DNA of 46,529 nucleotides, counting the filler, from Candidatus Woesearchaeota archaeon (GTDB taxonomy: Archaea > Nanobdellota > Nanobdellia > Woesearchaeales > J072): assembly GCA_003695265.1 (NCBI GenBank). It is 6 parts of 6 records of this genome, joined end to end, with 100 filler letters (N's around TTAATTAATTAA, not from the genome) between each part and the next. Parts side by side here need not be neighbours in the genome. Positions count along the whole stretch, not along the records: positions 9,379 to 23,711 come from RFII01000048.1; 5 more parts are not named here. One strand, given 5' to 3'. A model generated the notes under the pieces. That model did not search any database. It saw nothing but the letters and a program-made list of their open reading frames with translations, and was not told where the DNA came from. Positions 9,379-19,118 of the stretch are shown here, piece after piece. The position numbers and the translations under genes were made by a program. Positions within the stretch are counted from its first letter, which is position 1. Each line of letters begins with the position of its first letter.

Positions 9379-9386
9379 TATTTGCA

Positions 9387-9430
9387 TAAAAATTTTTATA
9401 ATCTCCTGACACAACAAAATTGGCTTAACC
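9387..9430. repeat. Dispersed 44-nt non-coding repeat, copy 1
   Basis: TAAAAAttTTTATAATCTCCTgACaCAACAAAATTGGCTTAACC; 40/44 identical to 25558-25601. Confidence 0.85.
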
Positions 9431-9544
9431 TATAAATAAAATAATATAAACAATATCTTAAACAACACATGACTTAATACAAAAGTATTTATATTCTAAT
9501 CACAACCCAAGAGAAAGCAGGCAGAAAGATTTGAGGGGTGCAAA

Positions 9545-10762
9545 ATGCCAAAATCTCAACTGTCAAACTTAAGGGAAGCAATAAAGGACTTCAGAGAAGG
9601 CAAATTTGTGATTATTCTTGACGAGGAGACTCGTGAAAATGAAGGCGACTTGGTTATCGCAGCAGAAAAAATAACGCCGCAAGCAGTAAATTTCATGATT
9701 AAGCATGCCCGAGGCCTTTTATGCGTGCCTCTCACAGCAGAACGCACAGAAGAATTAGGCTTGCACCCAATGTGCCCTGAAAACACAGGAATGCATTCCT
9801 GCGCATTCACAATATCAGTCGATGCAAAAAAAGGCACGACAACAGGAATATCAGCACATGACCGAGCAGCAACAATAAAAGCATTGGCTGATCCAAGCAC
9901 AAAGCCAAGCGACTTGGCCAGGCCAGGCCATGTATTTCCTCTAAGAGCGCAGGAAGGCGGAGTTTTAGTAAGGGCAGGCCATACAGAAGCCTCAATTGAC
10001 CTTGCAAAGCTGGCAGGACTTTACCCTGCTGCAGCAATATGCGAGATAATAGGGGAAAACGGGAAGGTGTGCAGGCTGCCAGAGCTGGCTGAGTTCGGAA
10101 AAAAACACAACATCAAACTTATAAAGTTGTCACAAATAATAGCTTACCGAAACAAAAATGAGAAACTAGTCAGAAAGGTAGCAACCTCAAAACTGTCAAC
10201 CAAATACGGCGAATTCATCCTTCACGCTTACGAAAGCGTCATTGATTCAACACCATTTCTTGCTTTAGTTAAAGGGAATATCAAGACTCCGACACTTGTA
10301 AGGGTACATTCGGGCTGCGTCACAAGCGAAGCATTATACTCAACAAGGTGTGACTGTCGCGAACAATTAGAAATGGCGATGCAAAAAATATCGCGAGAAG
10401 GCGGCGTTCTGCTTTACATAAACCACCAGGAAGGCCGCGGAATCGGCATCTTAAACAAGATCAAAGCGTATGAGCTTCAAGACAAGGGCAAAGACACTGT
10501 TGAGGCAAACGAATTGCTTGGCTTTGCCGCTGATGAGAGGCACTACGGCCTAGGAGCGCAGGTCCTCATGGACTTGGGCATTAAGAGAATAAGGCTCATG
10601 ACAAACAATCCAAAGAAAAGAGCAGGCTTAGAGGGTTACGGACTGAAGATTGTTGAGAATGTCCCATTAGAAATAAAGCCTAGCAAAACAAACTATGCTT
10701 ACCTAAAAGCAAAAAAAGAGAAGATGGGACATAACCTAAACCTCATAAAGGATATTCCCTAA
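9545..10762 (+). CDS. ribBA: Bifunctional DHBP synthase / GTP cyclohydrolase II
   Basis: RENEGD, TTTGISAHDR, RAGHTEA; RVHSGC, RCDC, QEGRGIG, TNNP. Confidence 0.97.
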   Translation: MPKSQLSNLREAIKDFREGKFVIILDEETRENEGDLVIAAEKITPQAVNFMIKHARGLLCVPLTAERTEELGLHPMCPENTGMHSCAFTISVDAKKGTTTGISAHDRAATIKALADPSTKPSDLARPGHVFPLRAQEGGVLVRAGHTEASIDLAKLAGLYPAAAICEIIGENGKVCRLPELAEFGKKHNIKLIKLSQIIAYRNKNEKLVRKVATSKLSTKYGEFILHAYESVIDSTPFLALVKGNIKTPTLVRVHSGCVTSEALYSTRCDCREQLEMAMQKISREGGVLLYINHQEGRGIGILNKIKAYELQDKGKDTVEANELLGFAADERHYGLGAQVLMDLGIKRIRLMTNNPKKRAGLEGYGLKIVENVPLEIKPSKTNYAYLKAKKEKMGHNLNLIKDIP

Positions 10763-10764
10763 GA

Positions 10765-11436
10765 TTATTCAATAATTGTACCAACAAAATCTTTTCCTGC
10801 CAAATAATCCTCTATGTTTCTAATATTCTTTCCGTTAAGAATGACAACTTTCAATCCAAGTTCCTTTGCCTCTTTGCTTGCAACAGGATCAAAAGGAGCA
10901 TTAAGCCCAGGATCCCATTTCTCGCCGACAATATTCTGGAAGTCATTCCATGATATTCTTTTTAGTGGTTTTGCATCATCAAACTTTTTCGGGTCTTTGT
11001 CATAAACGTAATCAATGTTGGAAAGGTTGACCACTGTTTTTGCGCCTAGGTTTTTTGCCAATAAGACAGCGTCCTTGTCTGTTGAGCAGCCCGGCTTCCA
11101 CCCAGCAGCTACAATAACCTTTTCCTTAAAATCAACTGGCTGCGTAGGATCATCAATGACTTCGGGATAAGCATAGCCCTTAAATATTGTTTTAATGAGA
11201 AAAGCGTTTAGTTTCGTTGAGGCTATTCCCAGCCAATCTAAATCCTCGTTGTTTAAATCACTTATTTTGGAAGCTGCCTCCTGGTAGCGCCTGCAAATTT
11301 TTCCGCCGCCGCAGATTAATGCGAAGCGCTCATCACTTTTTAAGATGATTTCCTTAAACCTCTTTAAGAATTCAACATCTATCTCGTCAGGCACTATCAA
11401 TGAGCCTCCCAAAGAGAATATTATCAACAAAACCAC
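10765..11436 (-). CDS. pyrH: UMP kinase (archaeal type)
   Basis: SLGGS, GGGKICR, GWKPGCSTD, VYDKDP, PFDPVA. Confidence 0.95.
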   Translation of the reverse strand: MVLLIIFSLGGSLIVPDEIDVEFLKRFKEIILKSDERFALICGGGKICRRYQEAASKISDLNNEDLDWLGIASTKLNAFLIKTIFKGYAYPEVIDDPTQPVDFKEKVIVAAGWKPGCSTDKDAVLLAKNLGAKTVVNLSNIDYVYDKDPKKFDDAKPLKRISWNDFQNIVGEKWDPGLNAPFDPVASKEAKELGLKVVILNGKNIRNIEDYLAGKDFVGTIIE

Positions 11437-11437
11437 C

Positions 11438-13171
11438 TCATTCCCTGTCTTTGAACAGTATTTCGATGACAGCAGCGTACGCCGGCCTTGCTATGAACAC
11501 CCCAAATGTGACTCCTAAAATTGTTGTAACTGCAAACCCTTTCAAGAGCCCAGCGCCAGCATAATACAATGGAATCATCGCAACAACTGTTGTTAGGTAA
11601 GCTCCTGTTATTATGAAAAACGCCCTTTTTATCTTTTCCTTCAGTGATAGGAATTGAACCTCTTTCCTTAGGGTTTCGTCTGTTATAACAATAACATGGT
11701 CAACTCCTGTGCCCACAGCTATTATAATCCCTGCTATTGCTGCTAAGTCAAGGTTCCATCCTATTAAAGCTGCCATGCCCAAAAGCAAAACAACCTCTGA
11801 GACTGATGTCAAAATCATTGGTATGGAAACAAGCAATGTCCTGTACCTTATGAACACGACTATTCCCACGCTGAGTATTGCCACTAAGCCAAGTATAAGG
11901 GAATTTCTTATGAACTCATGCCCTAAAACAGGTGAGATATTGTCTGCTTTCACAATATTCAGCTTTACGGGCAGTGAGCCTGTGATAAGTATTGTTTGAA
12001 GCCTTTTCATGCTTTTCAGGCTTTCAAACACAGCCTCCTCCCTTGTTGCTCCGACGCCAGAACCTGAAATCTGTATTTCTGTAGATGCCTGGCCCTTAAG
12101 CTCAGCTCCTATTCTCAAAGTGTCAACTAATGCATCATCCAGATAAAGGTCAATGTTCTTAGATAAGTAATCATTTCCGTTATCATCAGTAACAACTTCA
12201 AGGTTTCTTGTTAGGTCTGCCTGCCTCGCAGCAGCCTCCGGGCTCAATGATATTGCAAAGAAAAACCTGCACGCCCATTGGTTGTTGTCTATCTCGCTGC
12301 AGCCTTGCCTGGGATCAATTCCCGAGCAATCAGCGCTCCTGCAAACATAAGTTATGTCATTTCCCCCCTTAAAGACAGTGTCATTGCCTATCTTAGCCTC
12401 GAACTTGCCCTGCTTTGACAACAAATCCTTAACCTCTTCCTCATTGGCTCCTGCAACCTCAACGAGAATGAACTGGTTGCCTGACAAGTCTCCTGCCTCT
12501 CTCACAACAACATCACTTAACCCGTAAACGTTTATGCGCTCTTTCATGTTGTCAAGCAGAATATCCATGTCATCCTGCTCAAGCTTTGTCTCTGGTTGCA
12601 GAAGAACCCTTGTCCCTCCCTGAAGGTCAAGGCCTTTCCTTAGGTTGGTTTTTGGAGCATCATAAACTTTTAGGCCGATATCCTCAACCCCTATAACCTC
12701 TTCAATTACTTCAGGAACTTCAACTGTCTTGTTTATCGTCTTATTTATGACAACTTCTGTACCATTAACTGTGTCATTAATGAAAATTGTTTCTGGAACG
12801 GTCTTATTAATAGTTCTATTAGTTTTAATCCTCTTTACTAGCGGCTTTGTATGCAGCAAATAAATGTCTTTGTTTGTCTCTATCTGGACTGTCTCATTAA
12901 TGCCAAAAGATTGCACTATCTCATTGAATTCCTTTACCGAATTAATTGGCTGGTTGTTAATTGATATTATGCGCTCCCTTTTTGTTGGCGCAATGTTTGG
13001 CTTTGGGCTTTCTATGCCGGCAAGCATAGCTGACGAATTTTTGATGACATTCCTTATTGCAACCCCTTCCGAGTTTATTTGTGGGTTTATTGCGACGATA
13101 GCAAGTATGAGGAAAATTATTAAAATCAAAAATCGTGCGTTAACCAGTATTTTTTTTGCCTTTCCCATCAT
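11438..13171 (-). CDS. secD: Protein translocase subunit SecD
   Basis: GLDLQGGTRV, GSLPVKL, IAGIIIAVGTGVD; C-terminal TM bundle. Confidence 0.95.
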   Translation of the reverse strand: MMGKAKKILVNARFLILIIFLILAIVAINPQINSEGVAIRNVIKNSSAMLAGIESPKPNIAPTKRERIISINNQPINSVKEFNEIVQSFGINETVQIETNKDIYLLHTKPLVKRIKTNRTINKTVPETIFINDTVNGTEVVINKTINKTVEVPEVIEEVIGVEDIGLKVYDAPKTNLRKGLDLQGGTRVLLQPETKLEQDDMDILLDNMKERINVYGLSDVVVREAGDLSGNQFILVEVAGANEEEVKDLLSKQGKFEAKIGNDTVFKGGNDITYVCRSADCSGIDPRQGCSEIDNNQWACRFFFAISLSPEAAARQADLTRNLEVVTDDNGNDYLSKNIDLYLDDALVDTLRIGAELKGQASTEIQISGSGVGATREEAVFESLKSMKRLQTILITGSLPVKLNIVKADNISPVLGHEFIRNSLILGLVAILSVGIVVFIRYRTLLVSIPMILTSVSEVVLLLGMAALIGWNLDLAAIAGIIIAVGTGVDHVIVITDETLRKEVQFLSLKEKIKRAFFIITGAYLTTVVAMIPLYYAGAGLLKGFAVTTILGVTFGVFIARPAYAAVIEILFKDRE

Positions 13172-14070
13172 TCCCCACTTTTATGCTCCATATACCACCT
13201 GAGTATTCCCGCGTTCTGAATCCATGTGTTGATAAAGTCAATTAGAAGACCTATTAACAAAATAGTCATGATCTGCTTTAGCACCTCTGAGTCAGAGATT
13301 AGTAGTGCTGTAATGACCGCAGCCAAAGTTGTTGCTGACATCATAAGCCCTGTCTTCATCGCTCCAATGACTCTCTCGTAAACAGTGCCTATTTTTCGCT
13401 TGACAACCCTTGTTGTTAGTAATATGTCAGTATCAACAGAGTAGCCAATAAGCATGAGGAAAGCTGCTATTCCCGCTGTCGAAAGCTTTATTCTGAGCAA
13501 GTCTATTATCGCCAGCGTTACAATTATGTCTGAAAATGCTGCTAGCATAACAGCAGCGCTAGGAACAAAGGTCCTGAAATAAAAAAACACAACAATCCCC
13601 ATAAATATAAATGCGATAATCAAAGCTGTGAAAGTCTGCTTGAAAAAAGAAGCGCCAAGGCTGGAGCCTATCGTTTCAATACTATAATTATCCTTTGTTA
13701 ATCCAGGAAACTTTTCCTTTACAGCCTCCAAGAGCATGTCAGTCTGCTTTTCAGTAATCTCCTGGTTGCTCGTGTCAATTGCAGAGTCAATAATGTAGCC
13801 GACAGGAGCTCCTGCCCTGCTCCACACCCTCACCGAATTATCAAAGCCAAGAGTTTCTGTTAGCTCTTTCTCGAATTTCACAGGATCAACGCTTTCTTGA
13901 GTGGAAATTGTTAACGTAACGCCACCTTTTAGTGTTACGTCGCGATAAACAAAGTCTCCTGTTCTCGCGTACTGAGCAATAATCAGAATTATAGAAATAA
14001 TCAGCAGTGCTGCAGGTATTACCAGCAACGCCTTGTATTTCTTCTTGTACAACTCAGCTATTTGTCTCAT
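13168..14070 (-). CDS. secF: Protein translocase subunit SecF
   Basis: LKGG, IGSSLG, LMLIGYSVDTDILL; overlaps secD start. Confidence 0.95.
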   Translation of the reverse strand: MRQIAELYKKKYKALLVIPAALLIISIILIIAQYARTGDFVYRDVTLKGGVTLTISTQESVDPVKFEKELTETLGFDNSVRVWSRAGAPVGYIIDSAIDTSNQEITEKQTDMLLEAVKEKFPGLTKDNYSIETIGSSLGASFFKQTFTALIIAFIFMGIVVFFYFRTFVPSAAVMLAAFSDIIVTLAIIDLLRIKLSTAGIAAFLMLIGYSVDTDILLTTRVVKRKIGTVYERVIGAMKTGLMMSATTLAAVITALLISDSEVLKQIMTILLIGLLIDFINTWIQNAGILRWYMEHKSGE

Positions 14071-14225
14071 CAACTGCCTGAAAAAAGAGCTAATTTAAAA
14101 AGGTTTTGAAATGATTCGATTAATTTAAATTTAGTTATTAGTTCTGCCATTCGTACTCTAACAAAAAAGTAGGCAACTCACAGGATCAAACTCATATGAT
14201 TATATCCCTCTTTATAAAATAATTG

Positions 14226-14248
14226 TTGTAACATATTATTGTAACATA
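14226..14248. promoter_or_regulatory. Direct repeat TTGTAACATA x2 between divergent secF and psmB
   Basis: Exact 10-mers at 14226-14235 and 14239-14248, upstream of the TTTATATA box at about 14278. Confidence 0.4.
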
Positions 14249-14349
14249 ATAATAATTTAATTTCAAAAACCGTAAGCTTTATATATTACCATAATTTACA
14301 ATGCCTTATAAAATTTCTTACAATGAGGACTTCTGAGGGTGTAAGAATA

Positions 14350-14988
14350 ATGGACGAAAAAGTCATGAAAACCGGTACAACAACTGTAGCTATTGTTGCA
14401 AAGGACGGAATTGTGCTTGCAGCTGACAAAAGGGCAACAGCAGGAAACTTCATCGCGAACAAAAGAATAAGGAAAATATATGAGGTTTCTGATAATATGG
14501 CGTTGACCATGGCAGGCACTGTGTCTGACGCGCAATTGCTATGCAAGCTGATTAAGGCAGAACTAAAACTGAAAAAGATGAGGACAGGCAGAGACGCGAC
14601 AGTGAAGGAGTCAGCAAACCTTCTCGCGAACTTAGTGTACAGCAATATTCGCAAGTTCAGCGTGATTCCTGGCATTGCGCACTTCTTGTTTGCAGGAAAA
14701 GACAACACAGGATTCCATGTGTATGACTTGTACCCTGACGGCTCGCTTTCTGAGACAGAAGACTTTGTTTCTTCAGGTTCTGGAAGCGTCATGGCATACG
14801 GCGTTTTAGAAACATTGTACAATAAAGATATAAGTGTTGACGATGCGGTAAAACTTGCTGTTAAGGCAATAAACGCCGCTCTCCAGAGAGACTCAGCATC
14901 AGGAGGCGGCATCGATGTTGTGACTATAACTAAAGATGGTGTTAAGAGAGCCTTTGAGAAGGAAGTGAAAGGCTCTGTTGAAGCATAA
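14350..14988 (+). CDS. psmB: Proteasome beta subunit
   Basis: Propeptide ending KTG/TTTV, AADKRAT, SGSGS, RDSASGG; start moved to MDEK. Confidence 0.96.
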   Translation: MDEKVMKTGTTTVAIVAKDGIVLAADKRATAGNFIANKRIRKIYEVSDNMALTMAGTVSDAQLLCKLIKAELKLKKMRTGRDATVKESANLLANLVYSNIRKFSVIPGIAHFLFAGKDNTGFHVYDLYPDGSLSETEDFVSSGSGSVMAYGVLETLYNKDISVDDAVKLAVKAINAALQRDSASGGGIDVVTITKDGVKRAFEKEVKGSVEA

Positions 14989-15023
14989 AATCATTCTCAA
15001 AAATTAACCAAAGGTGTAAGTGT

Positions 15024-16916
15024 ATGAGTGACATATTAAATGAAGTTTTAGGCAATCTTCCAAAGGATTCAATTAGCGATGCTGCTTTTGAAGGCGCAAA
15101 CATAGTTCTTTACACAAAGGACAAAAACTTTTTTTTAGACAATAAAGGCGCAATAAAGAAGATTGTTGATGACATCAAAAAAAGAGTAGAGCTAAGGCCT
15201 GATCCCTCCATAACAATGGATATGGAGGATGCAAAAGCAAAGATTAAGAAAATCATACCAGAAGAGGCCAAGCTGTCCAATATAATCTTTGATCCTCAAA
15301 GGTCACAAGTAATTATAGAAGCTGAAAAGCCGGGGCTAGCTATAGGCAAGCAAGGGAGTCTGCTGAAAGAAATAAGGGAGAACACTTTATGGGTTCCCTT
15401 AATAAAAAGAACGCCTACAATCAGATCAAAGCTTATTGAAAGCATTAGGTCTGTTTTGTATGAGCACAGTGATTACAGGAGGAAATTCCTGCATAAAACA
15501 GGAAAGAGGATTTATGACGGCTGGATACGGGGCAAAAAGGAAGGTTGGGTTCGCGTAACATACCTCGGCGGTGCAAGGCAAGTAGGAAGGTCATGCCTTT
15601 TCCTGCAAACAGCAGAGTCAAGAATACTCCTTGACTGCGGCATAGATGTTGCTTCTGAAGACCAGGCGTACCCCCACTTAGAAGCCCCTGAGTTCAAAAT
15701 TGATGAATTGGATGCGGTCATTGTTTCTCACGCGCATGTTGACCATATCGGCTTAGTCCCGTACCTTTTCAAGTATGGCTACCGCGGGCCAGTTTATTGC
15801 ACAGCTCCAACAAGGGATGTTATGGCGTTATTGCAGCTTGACCTTGTAAAAATTCAGCGCTCAGAAGGGAAGGAGCCTATCTATACCAGTGAGGAAATAA
15901 AGGAAATGGTGAAGCACACAATCACTCTTGATTATGGTGAGGTTACTGATGTGACCCCTGATGTTCGCATAACTTTATACAACGCAGGCCATATTCTTGG
16001 AAGCTCTTTAGTTCACCTTCACATAGGCAACGGCTTGCACAATATGGTTTACACTGGCGACTTCAAGTATGGAAGGTCAGAATTATTGAATCCTGCGCAC
16101 ACAGAATTCCCGAGATGCGAAACCCTGCTCATGGAGTCCACTTACGGCGGAAAAGAGAACACTCTTCCTCCAAGAGAGGAATGTGACAGGATTTTTGCAG
16201 ACATAATAACAAAAACTCTGAATCGCGGTGGTAAAGTACTTCTTCCTGTTCTCGGCGTTGGCAGAGCTCAGGAGATACTTCTCACAGTCGAGCAGCTTAT
16301 AAGAAACAAAGTCATTGACAAAGTGCCTGTTTTTATTGACGGCATGGTCTGGGATGTTACTGCAATCCACACGGCTTATCCTGAATACCTTAACAATGAG
16401 GTGAGAAAGCAGATATTCCACAAGAACCAAAATCCGTTTTTGTCTGATATCTTTAAAAGAGTTGGCAGTAAGAAAGAAAGGCAGGAAGTGATTGAGAATG
16501 AGGGTCCTTGCATAATTCTGGCAACGTCAGGAATGCTTGTAGGCGGTGCTTCAGTTGAGTACTTGAAAGAATTAGGGGACAACCCAAACAATTCTATGCT
16601 TTTCACATGCTATCAGGGGCCCGGCTCTTTAGGAAGGAGAATTCAGAATGGGGAGCGTGAAATAGTTTTCAAAAACGGCCAGAAGCAGGAAATATTGCCA
16701 TTGAAAATGGAGGTTTATACGATTGAGGGCTACACAGGACACAGCGGAAGAAAGCAGCTCATGAATTTCGTGCAGCGCTGCTCTCCAAGGCCAAAGAAAG
16801 TGATTGTTAATCATGGTGAGAGTTCCCGCTGCTTAATGCTGGCAAGCTCAATACATAAATCATTTAAAATAGAGACTGTTGCGCCAAGAAACTTAGAAGC
16901 AATAAGAATAGTTTAA
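15024..16916 (+). CDS. fttA: aCPSF1/FttA KH-domain beta-CASP ribonuclease
   Basis: KH GLAIGKQG, SHAHVDH, AGHILG, MESTYG, GRAQE, NHGE; conserved adjacency to psmB. Confidence 0.95.
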   Translation: MSDILNEVLGNLPKDSISDAAFEGANIVLYTKDKNFFLDNKGAIKKIVDDIKKRVELRPDPSITMDMEDAKAKIKKIIPEEAKLSNIIFDPQRSQVIIEAEKPGLAIGKQGSLLKEIRENTLWVPLIKRTPTIRSKLIESIRSVLYEHSDYRRKFLHKTGKRIYDGWIRGKKEGWVRVTYLGGARQVGRSCLFLQTAESRILLDCGIDVASEDQAYPHLEAPEFKIDELDAVIVSHAHVDHIGLVPYLFKYGYRGPVYCTAPTRDVMALLQLDLVKIQRSEGKEPIYTSEEIKEMVKHTITLDYGEVTDVTPDVRITLYNAGHILGSSLVHLHIGNGLHNMVYTGDFKYGRSELLNPAHTEFPRCETLLMESTYGGKENTLPPREECDRIFADIITKTLNRGGKVLLPVLGVGRAQEILLTVEQLIRNKVIDKVPVFIDGMVWDVTAIHTAYPEYLNNEVRKQIFHKNQNPFLSDIFKRVGSKKERQEVIENEGPCIILATSGMLVGGASVEYLKELGDNPNNSMLFTCYQGPGSLGRRIQNGEREIVFKNGQKQEILPLKMEVYTIEGYTGHSGRKQLMNFVQRCSPRPKKVIVNHGESSRCLMLASSIHKSFKIETVAPRNLEAIRIV

Positions 16917-17001
16917 CTACTTATCGATAGTAAATTAATAGAAAGATTTAAATATAAGCACTTAATAATTCTCATTCTTAAAAAGGGTTTTGAGGTGGCA
17001 A

Positions 17002-17469
17002 ATGAAACGATTACTAATTTTAATACTTGCAATATTCGTGATATTACTATTTATACCAAGCAAAGAGGAAACCCTCTTAGAGGCTTACGGCAATTCAAAA
17101 GACGTTCCGTCACCAGCTGACAGAATACCAGAAAAAGACATTCACGTTTATGATGATAGAGTCGTCATTAACGTTGACAATCCTGTCTGGGCTTCATTCA
17201 CTGACACTAATTCAATGGATCCTGTTTTTGACGTCGGCGCTAACGTAATTGAAATAATACCAAAAAGCGAGGATGAGCTTAAAGTCGGAGACATAATCTC
17301 TTACAGGCAAAACGGCTTCAACAAGAACATAATCCACCGCATAATAAAAATTGGCGAAGACGAAAAAGGATGGTACGCAATAGTAAAAGGAGACAACAAC
17401 GCTGAGAAAGACCCACAAAAAGTGCGCTTTGATTCTGTTCAGCGCGTCGTAGTAGCAATAATATATTAA
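17002..17469 (+). CDS. Signal peptidase I (S26)-like protein
   Basis: N-terminal TM, NSMDP, GDII, IIHRI, KGDNN..DP; ATG after GAGGTG. Confidence 0.85.
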   Translation: MKRLLILILAIFVILLFIPSKEETLLEAYGNSKDVPSPADRIPEKDIHVYDDRVVINVDNPVWASFTDTNSMDPVFDVGANVIEIIPKSEDELKVGDIISYRQNGFNKNIIHRIIKIGEDEKGWYAIVKGDNNAEKDPQKVRFDSVQRVVVAIIY

Positions 17470-17532
17470 ATATAACATTGTTAAGAATACAAAATCAAAA
17501 GGTTTTTATACAAGACCTTAATCGCTTGGAAG

Positions 17533-18198
17533 ATGAATAAAAAACATCATTGCATAATATGTGAAGACCCAGAAGCGTTTTTTGCTGATATTCCCTCAGA
17601 AGAAGACATAGATGACATAATCCTCCGAGACTTGGCTAAGACTACAGGCATTGATTACAATCCAATAAGGTCAATATATGATGCTGGCGTGCCTGTCTCA
17701 GAACTGCTTAAAATAACTGATGATACAGAGATTGTTGCACATGAGAACGGTTATGATCCCAATGATTTATTAGGCTTTTTTAGCTCGCTTTACCCTTACT
17801 GCGATACTTCTCCCCTAAATATTCTTTTGTTATATCCTGTTGAGAAGGAGGGTTACACCATAATCCATGATGGAATAAAAAGGATTGATGACGATGATGA
17901 CAATTCTGTTCATATAGACACATTAACAACACTTTTAAACAAAGGGGTGAGTGTTGGAAACATAGTTGGGCTGTTAAACGTTGTCGCACAAAACCAGGAC
18001 CTTGTCCAGCAAGTCGCTCTTGACTATGAAACAAGGAGAAATCCGTACTTTGATGAGGAGGATCCTTACAGCACAGACAGGTCATTTGATGATCTTGTTC
18101 TTGTAGCAGCAAGGTTTATGAAAGAAAAAAATCTCGGGGTAAAAGAGCTTCCAGGAGCTATGGAAGACGCAATTGACATCAAAGCAGTGGGCTTCTGA
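17533..18198 (+). CDS. Hypothetical acidic protein
   Basis: 221-aa ORF with an upstream TTTTATA box; no recognised family. Confidence 0.7.
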   Translation: MNKKHHCIICEDPEAFFADIPSEEDIDDIILRDLAKTTGIDYNPIRSIYDAGVPVSELLKITDDTEIVAHENGYDPNDLLGFFSSLYPYCDTSPLNILLLYPVEKEGYTIIHDGIKRIDDDDDNSVHIDTLTTLLNKGVSVGNIVGLLNVVAQNQDLVQQVALDYETRRNPYFDEEDPYSTDRSFDDLVLVAARFMKEKNLGVKELPGAMEDAIDIKAVGF

Positions 18199-18239
18199 TC
18201 TAATCTCACTTGATAACAAATGAAATTAAAAAAAAAGAA

Positions 18240-19118
18240 TTAATTATCAAGCATAGTTGTTATTATAGGTTTATCCTTTATTATGACTGTATGCTCTGTC
18301 TGAGCCACAAAGCCGCGCTTTTCTGGAAGAGGAGGATAATCCCTTATGATCCTATTGTTCAGAAGATCCCTCAGCGCAAACTTAACTTTGAAAACAGGAT
18401 ATTTCCTAACAAGCCACCTCGTAGTGAAAGGCAGTCCATTGTAAGATTCAATGAGCTTAAGGATTTCTCTTGTTATACTGTTTCTGACCGGCTTCTTATT
18501 AGTTAGCATGAAAATGTTTGCGGGGCTTGACTCATAAATCATTCCAACACCATCTGTTGCGAAAGGCTCAATAGCAATAGCTTGCCCTTCCTTGAGAGAT
18601 GTTGAGTCTCCATTATCATAATTAGGAATGCTCGGCTTGTCATGAATGTTAAATTTGCCAAGGCCATGCCCGCACAGGTTTCTAACAGGGGAAAGACTGT
18701 ACTTTTGAATTGTCTCCTGGATTTCTTTGCCAATCTCCCTAAGCGTTATTCCAGGTCTTAATACTTTGATGGCATTAGCAAGCGCTTCTTCAGAAGCCTT
18801 TACTATGTCCTTATGATTACCCAAATCCACTGTTCTTGCTGTGTCTCCAACAAAACCATTTACGTGAGCGCCGACATCAATCTTCACCAGGTCTCCCTCC
18901 TTAAAAACTGTTTTGTCGTCGGGATCAGCGCAGTTGTGAGCAGCAACCTGGTTTAATGAGATTTGCGTTGGAAAAGCGATTTCTCCTCCCAAATCAATTA
19001 TTTTTTTTTCGACAAGGTCAGAAACTTCAAGCAGAGAAGCGCCAGGCTTTATCATTCGAGCGCCGTAATCCAAAGCCTGTGCTGCTATCCTTCCTGCTTT
19101 CTTATAATCCTCAATCAT
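18240..19118 (-). CDS. map: Methionine aminopeptidase type II
   Basis: AAH, KIDVGAHVNG..GDTA, NLCGHG, AIEPF, QTEHT. Confidence 0.96.
   Translation of the reverse strand: MIEDYKKAGRIAAQALDYGARMIKPGASLLEVSDLVEKKIIDLGGEIAFPTQISLNQVAAHNCADPDDKTVFKEGDLVKIDVGAHVNGFVGDTARTVDLGNHKDIVKASEEALANAIKVLRPGITLREIGKEIQETIQKYSLSPVRNLCGHGLGKFNIHDKPSIPNYDNGDSTSLKEGQAIAIEPFATDGVGMIYESSPANIFMLTNKKPVRNSITREILKLIESYNGLPFTTRWLVRKYPVFKVKFALRDLLNNRIIRDYPPLPEKRGFVAQTEHTVIIKDKPIITTMLDN

Noticed and set aside
9387..9430. The dispersed repeat as a CRISPR repeat
   Set aside because: Single copies on different contigs with no repeat-spacer periodicity.
9431..9544. FMN riboswitch upstream of ribBA
   Set aside because: AT-rich spacer with no recognisable RFN consensus.
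14350..16916. psmB-aCPSF1 linkage as novel
   Set aside because: Well-known conserved archaeal gene order.
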